From the IMG/VR virus record IMGVR_UViG_3300027563_000011, positions 1 to 47,590 of that record: a stretch of 47,590 nt of DNA; one strand, 5' to 3'. Numbering within the stretch: position 1 is the stretch's first letter; each line of letters starts with the position of its first letter. This DNA is from a virus (lineage: Duplodnaviria; Caudoviricetes). Under the pieces are notes generated by a model. It was not told the origin of the DNA and searched no databases. It saw nothing but the letters and a program-made list of their open reading frames with translations. A program made the translations under genes and the position numbers. Shown here one piece after another: positions 22,901 through 32,143 of this stretch.

Positions 22901-25900
22901 CTAAAGGCTTGACCTTGGCTTGTATTGTTTTTGTAAAAAGTAATTGTTCCAGCATCAAGGTCTAGTGCTATACCTATCACATCATTAGTTGTGTAAGACG
23001 CACCGTAATTAGTTAAAGTATTGTTAGTTATTTTTTGACCGTTACCGTAGTAACCGTAACTGTCTGCCGTGTAACCCGGCTGGTCATTTGTTGTTGGCGT
23101 AACAATACCTATAATTCGGTCTATTCCAGATGCTGCTGTAACCGTTATTTCTGCATACCATTTTCCAGACGAAACCCCAAGTGTGCTTTGCGCTCTTCCA
23201 GTTAGGCTTGAGCCAAAAGAAACATCCAAATTCCCATTTGAAAAAGTAACCGGGGCTGCTGGGGTTGTTGCTAGCGGATTCCAAGTACTGTAACTCCCCC
23301 TCGCCTCGCCCCCAGCTCCGTTGTCTGTTCCATAGTAAGTAGGAACGTCGATGAAGCTGTCGTTATTAGCAGCGTTTAGAGTTCCAGTCGCAACAGAAAA
23401 GTCACTTCCCTCGACATCATAGGTGTTGTTGAGTCCGCTTGAATCAGTCCCAAGAGCGGCTTTCGTTGAGGAATCGGAGAACTTTAAAGAAAAACCATTT
23501 GTTCCGTATGCCCCAGTATAGGCCTTGGGTTTCCACAAATACGTCCCAGCCTCCCTTACCCCAAAACTATCGGCGCCTAAGGCAAGTCCGTCAATGTGGT
23601 TAACTTCTGCGAGGTAACCACTAAAGAATTGAGAATTTTGCCTATTCGACCCAATATAGTGTGTGTTTACCGTGCCTATTTGCGTTTGATTGTTTCTGCC
23701 CGGCCACGAAACAGAGGTAAACGAAGTCATCAATGTTCCGTTAACGTAGAGCTTCACCCTGTGTGTATCGATTACCTGCTGTGTGTCTACCGCAAGTACG
23801 ATATGGTACCAGTTAGTGGTATCGGTAAATTTAGTCTTAGTTGTAAGGTAAGATGTTGTGTGGGCTGAACCAGCGGTGCTATCCAAGAACTGAATTGAAT
23901 TGTCGTCTAAAAAGTAAAGATAGGTGTAGTTTGAAGTACCTCCCAAATCGTTTCTGCTAAATAGTTGTTGCACTGTCGCGGGATCGCCAGCTACCCCAAG
24001 CTTACTTCTCTTAACCCAAGCACTCCACGTCCAAGTCCTCCTGTTTCCCTCAACGGTTACTGCGCGGCTTAACGTAGTATTAGTGCCCTTTAGCCTAAGG
24101 CTACGGCTGATCTGGTATGTATCTTCCGATGGTGTCGTGGAGAGTGTTCCGTAGTAGGTCGGAGAATCAACCAAACTATCGTCCCCTGTGCCCTCTGTTA
24201 CGGAGAAGTTATTTGGAGTCCAGTTGTTATAATGCGAGCCGACACCCTCGTATGTAGTCCCAGTAGCAAGAGTTCCGTAGGCTGCAAAGTTTCCGCCAGT
24301 TCCTCGGTTTGTCAGAATTGTGGTTGCGTTGCCATCTAAATACACGATTGGGGGAGAGCCAGTAGGTATCTCGCCGGACGCACCAAGGCTGACTGGCTTT
24401 CCAGCATTGTAGAATTTGCTGATGTTTGTAACTGGATCCAGATAGGTAGAATAGTTTACGTATAATTGACCCACCATTACTGGGGTAGTTGGGATAAATG
24501 GGTTATACAAGAAGCCGCCGAATCCGTGATTTGGTACTGAGTATTGAATTGTTGCGTTTGTGAAGGTCGTGATTGCAAGAGCTTGGTTTACGCCATTAAC
24601 GTAGACCTTTACCTGATTGTTTACGTTTAGATCCCAAGCAATGTAAATATGATAAAGCCCAGAAGTCGCCACGACATTAGTTACCGTGCTAGCTGCCAAT
24701 ATCGTCGTACCCGCTGAGTTCATAGCGCTAACCCATATCTTCCCGTCAATACCTCTGTAGGTATTGAGAGTATTGCCGATAGAAAGGTTATTTCTAGAAC
24801 TCCATAGATTCTGATCACCACTAGCGCCTGCTGTAAAGTTGCACCACATACTAACGATCCCGCTCTTACCATTAGCAATCCCAGTAAGATCTGCCCCTCT
24901 TTGTATGCCGTTCGAGGTTCCGTTAAGCTGTGCAGTCAACATCCTGTATGTTGAGTTGTCTTTCCCAAGAGTTGTGGCTGTTGCCCCAGAGTCGTCTAAG
25001 AACGGAAGGTAGAAACCATTCGTTCCGTAGGTGCCAGCATAGGCTTTAGGTTTCCATGCGTAGGTTTTAGTGTCCCGGATCCCAAAGTTGTCTGCGATAA
25101 GGGACTGACCATCGATGAAGTTAACTTCTGCCAGGTAAGCATTAAGTGTTTCGTTGGGGTCGCCCAGATAGTGCGTTACGGCCGCGTTAAATGCTGTATC
25201 GAAACTTTGTGTTGTGGTCTGGGAGGCAAACTGATTTACCTGGACTCCATTCACAAAGACTCTGTATCTGTTTGCGGCTGTTAGGCTATTTGTGTCTACT
25301 GAACAGACAATGTGATACCACGACGATACGTCACGAATGATCTGGCTAGTAGTAATGTTATTTATTGGTGTCGATGTGGTAAGACTATAGTCCCAATATT
25401 CGATTTGGTTTGCGGGGTTAAACCTTAAAATACTAAGTAGGTTTCCAGATATAGAAGTAAATATTCTCTGATAGCTGTTTAGAGCACTCCGCTTAACCCA
25501 CCCGCTCCAAGTCCAGGTCTTTCGGTTACCAGTATTCGGGAAGGTTCTACTTAAATGTGAAAGATCTGCTGTGGTAAACCTAAGGCTACGGCTGATCTGG
25601 TATGTGTCGTCGGTAAGAGTAGTTGAAAGAGATGGGTAGAAGGTTGGTGAGTCGACTAGGCTGTCGTTGCCCGTGCCCTCCGTAAGTGAGAGGTTGTTTG
25701 CTACCCAACTATTCCCACCCCCACTTCTGTCTAAAGCAACAGCAGAGTTGATATTAAAGGGCGAGTCCACCGAGAAAGATACTGCTCCAACTGTACCCAT
25801 CGAGAAGTTGTTCGAGCTGTTGTCTATTGCCGTGCTATTTTGGTAGGTTAAGACAAGCGTGTTTGGGATATTAGTAAGAGCTGTTGTGGGTGGGGTAAAT

Positions 25901-28407
25901 CTTGAAGTATAAACCGCTGACTTGGTTATCCTAAAGTTGGACATTGACCTAGCGACACCTGATAAACCGCCACCAAAACGATTATTGACGGTCATATTAG
26001 TGTACCCCAAGATAGAAGAGTTATTATTTATAGTGCCGCGCAATGCCCCATTCGTGTAAAGAGAGATTGTTGACCCACTCCTTACCATCGCAACATGAGC
26101 CCATTCGTTTGCACTTATTCCGTGTGTGATAGAAGCCGTCGGTTGAGCGCTATTCAGATAAATATTATAAACCCCATCAAACATTGAAAGGTTGAAGGCA
26201 AAATACTGACCTCCCCCAAGTACTTCTTGAACATAAAGACTCGTATCGCCACTGGTTTGTGACGTGTATTTGACCCACCCCTCTATCGTAAAGTCACCTG
26301 AGAATCGGAAGTTCTCACCCTGATTACCCCCAGGAAGAGTATTGTAATTCGTGGAGGCATCAGAAAGATAAGCCGCAAAAGCTGTTTCCGTTGGCACCGT
26401 AAAGGGCAGATAGAACCCATTCGTACCATATGTTCCAGTATAAGCCTTGGGTTTCCAGAGGTAGGTGTTGATGTCCCGAGTTCCGAAGCTGGATGGATCT
26501 AAGGCTTGTCCGTCGATAAAGTTAAGTTCGGCAAGGTAGCCGTTAAAGAAATTACCCGCACCCTCAGAACCAAAATAATGAGTGTAAGAAGAGTTATTTA
26601 CTGAGCCTACTTGGTTTATCGTCGAAACGGCAGTTGAAATCGAAAAAGACGTAATACGTACACCGTTTACGTACAGACGAACCCTATCGGCCTGGGTTGC
26701 GTTACCAGAATCGTAAACACCAACAATATGATACCAAGATGTTGGGTCGCGAAATGCTTGCGTTGTTACATATCTCCAGACGTAAGCGCTGGTATAATAA
26801 TACATTTCCAACTGATTCGAAGGGGTGAAATTGATACTATTGCCAATATTGACTCCATTTCCTGAATAGAATAAACCTTCCTGAGCAGACATTTTCGTTG
26901 GCTTAACCCACCCACTCCATGTCCAAGTTGTAAGATTTCCAGAGCTGGGTAGGGTGCGATTTAAATACGCCGAATCAGCCGAATTAAACCGCAAACTCTT
27001 TCCGATCTGGTATGTGTCAGCCACAAGAGTCGTCGAGATAGCCCCGTAGTTGGACGGGGAATCTGTTAAGCTGTCGTTCCCAGTTCCGGGAGTTACGGAG
27101 AGGTTATTTGCTACCCAGTTGTTGTAGCCACCCGTTGAAACTGAGGCGTCAGAGAAAATCATACTAGAGCCAAAGGCAGTTCCATTTGTCGGAAGGTACG
27201 GACCAACTGTCGAAGAAGCCTCGGTTTGCATACCCCATACGTAAACAGAGCTACCATTACCCGAATAAACAAAGCCACCTAAGGCCGTGTTATTCTTTAT
27301 GTATACAGAGGATCCGCCTGTTGTTCCGCCATTACCTACATTTGATACTGATACTCTGTACCAACCATTCCCAACTGACGTTATTCTAGCTGAAGCGTCA
27401 GATCCAGCTGTAATTGTTCCATTAGAGAGGTCAGCAACACAGTAGGTTGCATTTACTGTATTCCAGTTTTCCAGAGCTATGACTGATCTAGTATTAGCCT
27501 TAACGTAAACTGAAGTGGTGTACGTAACGCCCGACGCATGTGTTTGGTTATTGAAGAAGAATCGGTGGTTTGAGGTAGTTGAGGTCTCCACCAATTCGTC
27601 TGCTGTTAGCGCTCCGTTTGGAGCAGTAGTTGCATTTGTTGTGACTGTAATTCCATCTTTTTGATACATAGCTACACTAAAGTCTTCACTAGTAAGAACG
27701 CTATTCGACCCAGTAGTTGTGTTGGAGAACGGAAGATAAAACCCATTTACTCCATATGTCCCAGTAAAAGCCTTCGCCTTCCACCGACCAGTAATCGAAT
27801 CGGTTTCGCCAAAGGCCGATGGGGTTAAGGCTTGGCCGTCTATATTGTATATTTCTGCTAGGTATCCATCAAAGTAGTTATTATAACCAATTCCATGAAG
27901 TATTGTATTGTTCCAAGAATTTTCAAAATCAATAGATGGGTAATTTGAGATGCCAAAACTTGTTATCTTTGATCCATTTATATATACGCTAAGTCTGTCT
28001 GACTCGGTTAATTGTGAAGTATCAGATGCCAAAACTAAATGATACCATGCTGATGTATCTCTAAATACTTGGGTTGTTTGTAGCCTGTATCGATTGGCTA
28101 TTCCTTCTATGTTTGCAATAACTTCTAATTGATTTGATGTATTAAAATTTATTCCAAAAGATAATGTATTGCCACCAGGCCATGCAAATATAGGATTTGC
28201 CTCAGATCCAATTTTTCCTCTCTTAACCCACATTGATATAGTGAACTTCTTCCTATCTCCAGCACTGCTTGGAGTCCTGCTCAAATACGCCGAATCAGCC
28301 GAATTAAACCGAAGACTCTTACCGATCTGGTAGGTGTCGTTGTCGCTATAGGCCGTGGTAGTCCCCCGACCCCCAAGAAACCCCTGCGGAAGGACTGGCC
28401 AAGACAT
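19939..28407 (-). CDS. giant tail fibre/receptor-binding protein with tandem LamG (ConA-like) and SPRY-like modules
   Basis: Four modules beginning YQI.[KR]SLR[FL] with WxK / WYHIV / GYLAE motifs; four modules G[E].RG.Y.T..P...GKWY.E...NFGQR; C-terminal GFSPDLVWIKSR...AFAESPFK domain. Confidence 0.85.
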   Translation of the reverse strand: MSWPVLPQGFLGGRGTTTAYSDNDTYQIGKSLRFNSADSAYLSRTPSSAGDRKKFTISMWVKRGKIGSEANPIFAWPGGNTLSFGINFNTSNQLEVIANIEGIANRYRLQTTQVFRDTSAWYHLVLASDTSQLTESDRLSVYINGSKITSFGISNYPSIDFENSWNNTILHGIGYNNYFDGYLAEIYNIDGQALTPSAFGETDSITGRWKAKAFTGTYGVNGFYLPFSNTTTGSNSVLTSEDFSVAMYQKDGITVTTNATTAPNGALTADELVETSTTSNHRFFFNNQTHASGVTYTTSVYVKANTRSVIALENWNTVNATYCVADLSNGTITAGSDASARITSVGNGWYRVSVSNVGNGGTTGGSSVYIKNNTALGGFVYSGNGSSVYVWGMQTEASSTVGPYLPTNGTAFGSSMIFSDASVSTGGYNNWVANNLSVTPGTGNDSLTDSPSNYGAISTTLVADTYQIGKSLRFNSADSAYLNRTLPSSGNLTTWTWSGWVKPTKMSAQEGLFYSGNGVNIGNSINFTPSNQLEMYYYTSAYVWRYVTTQAFRDPTSWYHIVGVYDSGNATQADRVRLYVNGVRITSFSISTAVSTINQVGSVNNSSYTHYFGSEGAGNFFNGYLAELNFIDGQALDPSSFGTRDINTYLWKPKAYTGTYGTNGFYLPFTVPTETAFAAYLSDASTNYNTLPGGNQGENFRFSGDFTIEGWVKYTSQTSGDTSLYVQEVLGGGQYFAFNLSMFDGVYNIYLNSAQPTASITHGISANEWAHVAMVRSGSTISLYTNGALRGTINNNSSILGYTNMTVNNRFGGGLSGVARSMSNFRITKSAVYTSRFTPPTTALTNIPNTLVLTYQNSTAIDNSSNNFSMGTVGAVSFSVDSPFNINSAVALDRSGGGNSWVANNLSLTEGTGNDSLVDSPTFYPSLSTTLTDDTYQISRSLRFTTADLSHLSRTFPNTGNRKTWTWSGWVKRSALNSYQRIFTSISGNLLSILRFNPANQIEYWDYSLTTSTPINNITTSQIIRDVSSWYHIVCSVDTNSLTAANRYRVFVNGVQVNQFASQTTTQSFDTAFNAAVTHYLGDPNETLNAYLAEVNFIDGQSLIADNFGIRDTKTYAWKPKAYAGTYGTNGFYLPFLDDSGATATTLGKDNSTYRMLTAQLNGTSNGIQRGADLTGIANGKSGIVSMWCNFTAGASGDQNLWSSRNNLSIGNTLNTYRGIDGKIWVSAMNSAGTTILAASTVTNVVATSGLYHIYIAWDLNVNNQVKVYVNGVNQALAITTFTNATIQYSVPNHGFGGFLYNPFIPTTPVMVGQLYVNYSTYLDPVTNISKFYNAGKPVSLGASGEIPTGSPPIVYLDGNATTILTNRGTGGNFAAYGTLATGTTYEGVGSHYNNWTPNNFSVTEGTGDDSLVDSPTYYGTLSTTPSEDTYQISRSLRLKGTNTTLSRAVTVEGNRRTWTWSAWVKRSKLGVAGDPATVQQLFSRNDLGGTSNYTYLYFLDDNSIQFLDSTAGSAHTTSYLTTKTKFTDTTNWYHIVLAVDTQQVIDTHRVKLYVNGTLMTSFTSVSWPGRNNQTQIGTVNTHYIGSNRQNSQFFSGYLAEVNHIDGLALGADSFGVREAGTYLWKPKAYTGAYGTNGFSLKFSDSSTKAALGTDSSGLNNTYDVEGSDFSVATGTLNAANNDSFIDVPTYYGTDNGAGGEARGSYSTWNPLATTPAAPVTFSNGNLDVSFGSSLTGRAQSTLGVSSGKWYAEITVTAASGIDRIIGIVTPTTNDQPGYTADSYGYYGNGQKITNNTLTNYGASYTTNDVIGIALDLDAGTITFYKNNTSQGQAFSGLSGTYLISVSDSSNAGTCSYTANFGQRAFRYAAPTGFKALRDFNKPPVQTGGELRGDYCTLDPLSITSGTFTNGNLRYAGPGDWRRTNSTMSMSAGKWYYEVTLANAPYPGRTASTTYNGFGFSLSNVTNSSTNPGSATDALVLFDSGFFKNFAGATTDGGTAFLAGDVLSVSVDLDANTFVFRRNNIPITSGTIGGTPGRSLTPCILSYSDQYGVMDVNFGQRPWAFGAPLGFSPLRDYNKPAIQTGGELRGDYATCDPINKGANTVLTDGNLRIASSGTGAGWRSNQSIPRASGKWYWEVTIQTVGTGGTINHVTIGDVNYAFNLSSGNFLFYRQDGYIGGTLATPFSNGSVIGVALDADASTVSWYHNGILQLTSGATIYSTDWLPGGLINSVGGVSHVNFGQRQYVYPPPFGFRPLRDYNKLPTPTGGEVRGNYATLNPLFGNTGGTITDGNLRLTHTGGGNGKNALGVSSVAVSSGKWYGEFTNTAAITSDRIGIISSANTSIVTSGNPYFSQYSDGYSAYVGGGTYKENNNITTTVTNFGGSAPVAGDVYMVALDMDNNKVWFGRNGSWANNGNPNTGLGETYSILSGRSYYFACNTYLGDQLVANFGQRPWAYDAPFGFKPLCTTLLPQPIIQKSSTAMDVVTYTGTATGNTISGFGFSPDLVWIKSRSGNTNHNIFDTIRGATAGLVPNLLASEYSDVGTLAVFNTNGFTLGGDGSLRGANHNLNTYVAWAWDAGSSSVTNTSGSIASTVRANPQAGVSIVSYTGNGTTGSVGHSLGLKPSFIIVKNRSVALGNNWGVYHSSLTASQYIYLNLTNAASTSGASTAWGNNSSTIEPTSSVFTVGNSTAWNGGGNLMIAYCFAEVEGFSKFGSYTGNGSPDGPFVYCGFRPRWIMYKRSGTGTSGNWNIIDAARDTYNPEQTLLRANLDILDESNAVYVQDFTANGWKIRSTNVDINVNDATYIFAAFAESPFKYARAR

Positions 28408-28410
28408 CGC

Positions 28411-29229
28411 TTAAGCTGCGTAGTCCTGCACAGCAACTCCGTGCAGATGGGATCCATGATATACGAATGTTAAAATATCGGATTTGCCTAGGGTAGTAGT
28501 AAGCGTCGGAGCCGCCCCTCCGGGGAATTTGAAGTTTCCAGTTGGGAATGCTACTGTCCGATTTCCAATTCCGTCTTGCTTAACAATAAGGATGTAGACT
28601 CCACCACTTTGCGGGTTCTGAATTGTCCAAGTAGAAACATTGGCAGACAAAGTCAGAATAAGAATTTGGTTTACTTCCAAATTCCAAGTGACCGACGATG
28701 TGGAAGCGGTGAGGGTTGTGGCTATGAAGTTGTGGGTGCGAGTGTACTGCTGAGGAGCCCCAAGGACGGCTACTTCACCCAGGTTAACCTTTGCGGCGGT
28801 CACGTTTCCGTTAAGGATTTTGGTTGTGGTGATAGCGTCGGTAGCAATTGTTAAAAGGCCAGTAGCATTAATCGTGGCATCCCCACTGATCGTCGTAGCC
28901 GTAGGCACACCAGCATTCCCGGCAAGAATCTGACCAGTAGTAAGCGCGGCTAGTTTAGAGAAGGCAATTGCGGCTGAAGACGAGACTTTTGCGTTATCTA
29001 CAGCGCCAGCACCAATCGTAAGGACACCACCATTAGTAATTGTAGCGTCGCCAGACAGAGCCGTGGAAGTCGCAACGTTTGACCCGTTTCCGATTAGTAG
29101 GGTTGCACTCGCCAAGGGAGCCAGCTTGGAGAAAGCAATGGCCGCATTTGGCGCTACTTTGACGTTTGTTACGCTTCCGTCTGCCGTAACGTTTGTGATA
29201 AGTGCTGTACTGACCCTAGAGAATGACAT
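28411..29229 (-). CDS. tail fibre protein
   Basis: AAIAFSKLA repeats, SGDATI repeats, C-terminal LIVKQDG.G.RTVAFP...FPGG.APTLT...DIL domain. Confidence 0.75.
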   Translation of the reverse strand: MSFSRVSTALITNVTADGSVTNVKVAPNAAIAFSKLAPLASATLLIGNGSNVATSTALSGDATITNGGVLTIGAGAVDNAKVSSSAAIAFSKLAALTTGQILAGNAGVPTATTISGDATINATGLLTIATDAITTTKILNGNVTAAKVNLGEVAVLGAPQQYTRTHNFIATTLTASTSSVTWNLEVNQILILTLSANVSTWTIQNPQSGGVYILIVKQDGIGNRTVAFPTGNFKFPGGAAPTLTTTLGKSDILTFVYHGSHLHGVAVQDYAA

Positions 29230-29546
29230 TATTCGGTACCCCCAAATACAAAGTAGTTAACCGAAGAAGCGTTGGTTGCGTCGGCTTGGACGGTTTGGCC
29301 AGTTGTAAGGACCACGGTATAGGCCACGTCCCACTCAAAGGTATCTTTTCCGTTCACGATACCCTCAAAGATCTTTTCCGCTCCCGTAGAGCCATTGATG
29401 TAAATCCTTATAGTCTGGTCTGGGGTATCTGAATTATGCAGATAGATTGATTTCAAGTAAGCAGTTTTGCCAATCGGAACAGTATAAAGAATCCCAGTTG
29501 CGGAGGGCAATTGTCCTTGAGCAAGCTTTTCGTGGGTTAGCGCCAT
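29229..29546 (-). CDS. small beta-rich structural protein
   Basis: LYTVP.GKTA..KSI.L.N...VLTTGQTVQA...FGG.E pattern; GAAAGGA RBS. Confidence 0.7.
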   Translation of the reverse strand: MALTHEKLAQGQLPSATGILYTVPIGKTAYLKSIYLHNSDTPDQTIRIYINGSTGAEKIFEGIVNGKDTFEWDVAYTVVLTTGQTVQADATNASSVNYFVFGGTE

Positions 29547-29583
29547 AGATCAGTTCCTTTCAACTTTAAGGTATATTCTTTTT

Positions 29584-29601
29584 TTGACAACTATTTGTCA
29601 T
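29584..29601. promoter_or_regulatory. TTGACR-N6-YGTCAA palindrome
   Basis: TTGACA-ACTATT-TGTCAT in the intergenic gap, overlapping the upstream stop codon. Confidence 0.55.
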
Positions 29602-31967
29602 GAATAAAGCCAGACTTCCCTTAAGTCGGCTCCGCCAGTAGTTGGCCCACCAGTACCCCCACTTCCACCCCCAGTAGAGGTCACCGACACGTTGACGCAA
29701 TCATTGGTTGGGTCGTCGGAGACAACTATGGTAACGTTAGTTCCTTCATTAAAGTTGATACGCTTACGTGTCCCAATAGCGGCACTTCCGTTCCTAGAAA
29801 CCCCAACCTTCTGGTTGGTAACGTTATCAGCGAGAGTGGCCGACAGGGTTCCACCAGCAAGGTTTGTCAGGGTAAGACTTCCAGAGAGGTGGTTCCCCAG
29901 GGTGATCGTCGGAGAGACCACAATAGTCTTGTTGGACAAGGTTTGAGTAGAGTCGGTGTCTACTAGGGTTTTACGAGCTGTACCATCCCCGATAGTCAGG
30001 AGGCTTGAGGCATTATTCCAAACCAAAGAGCCAGAGGCAGTTTGAGCCGGGGTCGAAGCATTTGGGAGCACAAGCGTCCCAGAACCCATATTCAAAGATC
30101 CGTTGTTTATGGTGGGCGATGTGAGCGTTTTGTTGGTTAGGGTGTCAGTTGTCGCCCTCCCAACCAAGGTATCCGTGCCCGTAGGTAACGTAATTGTACC
30201 TGTGTTACTAATGCTAGAGATGATTGGTGTAGTAAGAGTCTTATTGGTCAGAGTCTGTGTTCCAGTGTCTGAAACTAGGACTGCATCACTATTGCCAATG
30301 GTTGTGCCGCCTGGAAGTAGTAAAGTATTGCTTGCAGCTTGTGCGTGGGGCTGAGCCTTGACTTTTTGTCCGTGTGTGTTGGCAGAACAGTTAAGTTGAA
30401 TCGCTCCTTCAGTTGAACCGCCGCCTCGTACTTCAACGATGTACGCTGCGGCACCAACCACGAGGTTACCCGAAACAGTTGTAGTCGTGCCGTCGAAGAC
30501 TGGAGAGGTGAGAGTCTTATTAGTAAGGGTGTCGGTCGTTGCCCGACCAACCAATGTGTCTGTGCCGGAAGGGAGAGTAAGAGTGCCAGTATTGACAATC
30601 GAAGAAATAGTTGGGGATGTTAGGGTTTTGTTAGTTAGAGTTTCGGCATTGGCTAGAGTGGCTAAAGTTCCAGTTGTCGGAAGTGTTACGTTCGTATTGG
30701 CGGTTGAGGCTAGTGTTGTAGCAAACGCTCCAGACGTGGTTAGGTTACCGCCTAGGGTTATGGTTTTACTTTCGTTGTTAACCCCAGTTCCACCGTAGGT
30801 GGGATTGATAATTGTGCCCTGCCAAATACCTGTTCCAATCGTACCAACGCTGGTCAAAGAGGAGCTGGTAACTCCAGATCCAAGAGTATTGTTCGAAAGA
30901 ACGTCTGTTCCGTTGACCTTGTATGTCTTACCCGTGGCTACATCAAAGTTCTCAGAAGATGTCCAAGCTGCGTTTGAACTCGCCCAGTTAAGGGTCTTGT
31001 CTGATGCACCCTTAAGCGTGATCCCACCTCCGTTAGCCGTCACATCCGTTGGGGTGGTAATCTGACCAAGAATTACGTTTTTGTCTTCAACAACTAGATT
31101 TTCGGTATTAAGAGTCGTAGTTGTCCCGTTAATTGTTAAGTCGCCAGTAACCGTCAAATTCCCACCAATGGTAGCGTTAGCCGTGACCGCAAGCCCAGTT
31201 CCAGAAGCTAGTGTGGCTGAGATTGTGTCGGAAACGCCAAGAGTAGAAGAAAGAGTGGTTGCTCCAGTAACTCCTAGGGTAGACGAAAGGTTTGTAGCTC
31301 CAGTTACACCAAGCGTTCCACTAACAGAAGTATTGCCAGTAAGACCAGTTGTCCCAGTAACCGCAAGGTTGCCACCTACATTAACGTTCTTCTCTACCCC
31401 TACCCCGCCCTCAAGCACCAAAGCTCCCGTATCTTTGTCGGTGGACTGAGTTGTTGCCGAGATAGTTTGAGAAACAGCAATCGAGAGATTGTTAAGCGTA
31501 GCCGTGCCGTTGAGGTAAAGGTCTCCGTCGAGGTAAAGGTTTCTCCAGCTCTTGGCGACAGAGCCTAGGTCATAAGTGTTGTCCGTGTTTGGGAGAATGT
31601 GAGAGTTGATGTCGGCGTTGAAAACAACGTTGTCCGTGTCTTCGTCGCCAAGTGTCAAAGTCCCACCATTAGCCGTCAGCGTCCCTTGGATAACGGCATT
31701 CCCAGTAACTGTCAGATCCCCGCCCATAGAGACATTTCCAGTAAGGTTGGAGGCTCCAGAAACAGAAAGACCAGAAAGAAGGTTTGTAGGCCCAACCACC
31801 TCTAGCGTTCCAGAGGATTTTACAGCATTCGAAGAAAGAAGGAGAGCGGATGCCGTTGCGTCGCCGTCCTCAACAATAGTTAAATCCGAGGTAACGCCGG
31901 AGGTTGAGGCAGTCTTTAAGAGCTCTGTGTAGCTCTGGGCAATTGTACGGTCAAAGAGTGTACTCAT
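29598..31967 (-). CDS. tail fibre protein with TLTNKTLTSP repeats (start revised to ATG 31967)
   Basis: Repeated TDTLTNKTLTSP, GGNL.VTG and STLGVTGA units. Confidence 0.8.
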   Translation of the reverse strand: MSTLFDRTIAQSYTELLKTASTSGVTSDLTIVEDGDATASALLLSSNAVKSSGTLEVVGPTNLLSGLSVSGASNLTGNVSMGGDLTVTGNAVIQGTLTANGGTLTLGDEDTDNVVFNADINSHILPNTDNTYDLGSVAKSWRNLYLDGDLYLNGTATLNNLSIAVSQTISATTQSTDKDTGALVLEGGVGVEKNVNVGGNLAVTGTTGLTGNTSVSGTLGVTGATNLSSTLGVTGATTLSSTLGVSDTISATLASGTGLAVTANATIGGNLTVTGDLTINGTTTTLNTENLVVEDKNVILGQITTPTDVTANGGGITLKGASDKTLNWASSNAAWTSSENFDVATGKTYKVNGTDVLSNNTLGSGVTSSSLTSVGTIGTGIWQGTIINPTYGGTGVNNESKTITLGGNLTTSGAFATTLASTANTNVTLPTTGTLATLANAETLTNKTLTSPTISSIVNTGTLTLPSGTDTLVGRATTDTLTNKTLTSPVFDGTTTTVSGNLVVGAAAYIVEVRGGGSTEGAIQLNCSANTHGQKVKAQPHAQAASNTLLLPGGTTIGNSDAVLVSDTGTQTLTNKTLTTPIISSISNTGTITLPTGTDTLVGRATTDTLTNKTLTSPTINNGSLNMGSGTLVLPNASTPAQTASGSLVWNNASSLLTIGDGTARKTLVDTDSTQTLSNKTIVVSPTITLGNHLSGSLTLTNLAGGTLSATLADNVTNQKVGVSRNGSAAIGTRKRINFNEGTNVTIVVSDDPTNDCVNVSVTSTGGGSGGTGGPTTGGADLREVWLYS

Positions 31968-32143
31968 TCGGCAAAGTTCCACAAAAGGTATACGTTCTGC
32001 CAACTCTCACCTGGGGCAAGCGTGTAGCTTTGCCAAGAGTTAAGCGACGCACACAAGGATACTGCGGTCGAGGCAACATCTTCACACAACGTCACTAGCG
32101 TTGGGGTAATCTCATCGCAAACGGGTGTAATTTGGTAAGCCAT
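31964..32143 (-). CDS. small 59-aa protein missing from ORF track
   Basis: MAYQITPVCDEITPTLVTLCEDVASTAVSLCAS...LWNFAE*; TAATG overlap upstream and ATGA overlap downstream fill the gap exactly. Confidence 0.75.
   Translation of the reverse strand: MAYQITPVCDEITPTLVTLCEDVASTAVSLCASLNSWQSYTLAPGESWQNVYLLWNFAE

Noticed and set aside
19939-28407. Diversity-generating retroelement TR/VR pair among the fibre repeats
   Set aside because: No reverse transcriptase in the window; repeats are short, in-frame seams without adenine-specific mismatches
29692-31932. Multiple Val/Pro-rich + strand ORFs over the tail fibre gene
   Set aside because: Antisense shadows of Thr/Gly-rich coding sequence
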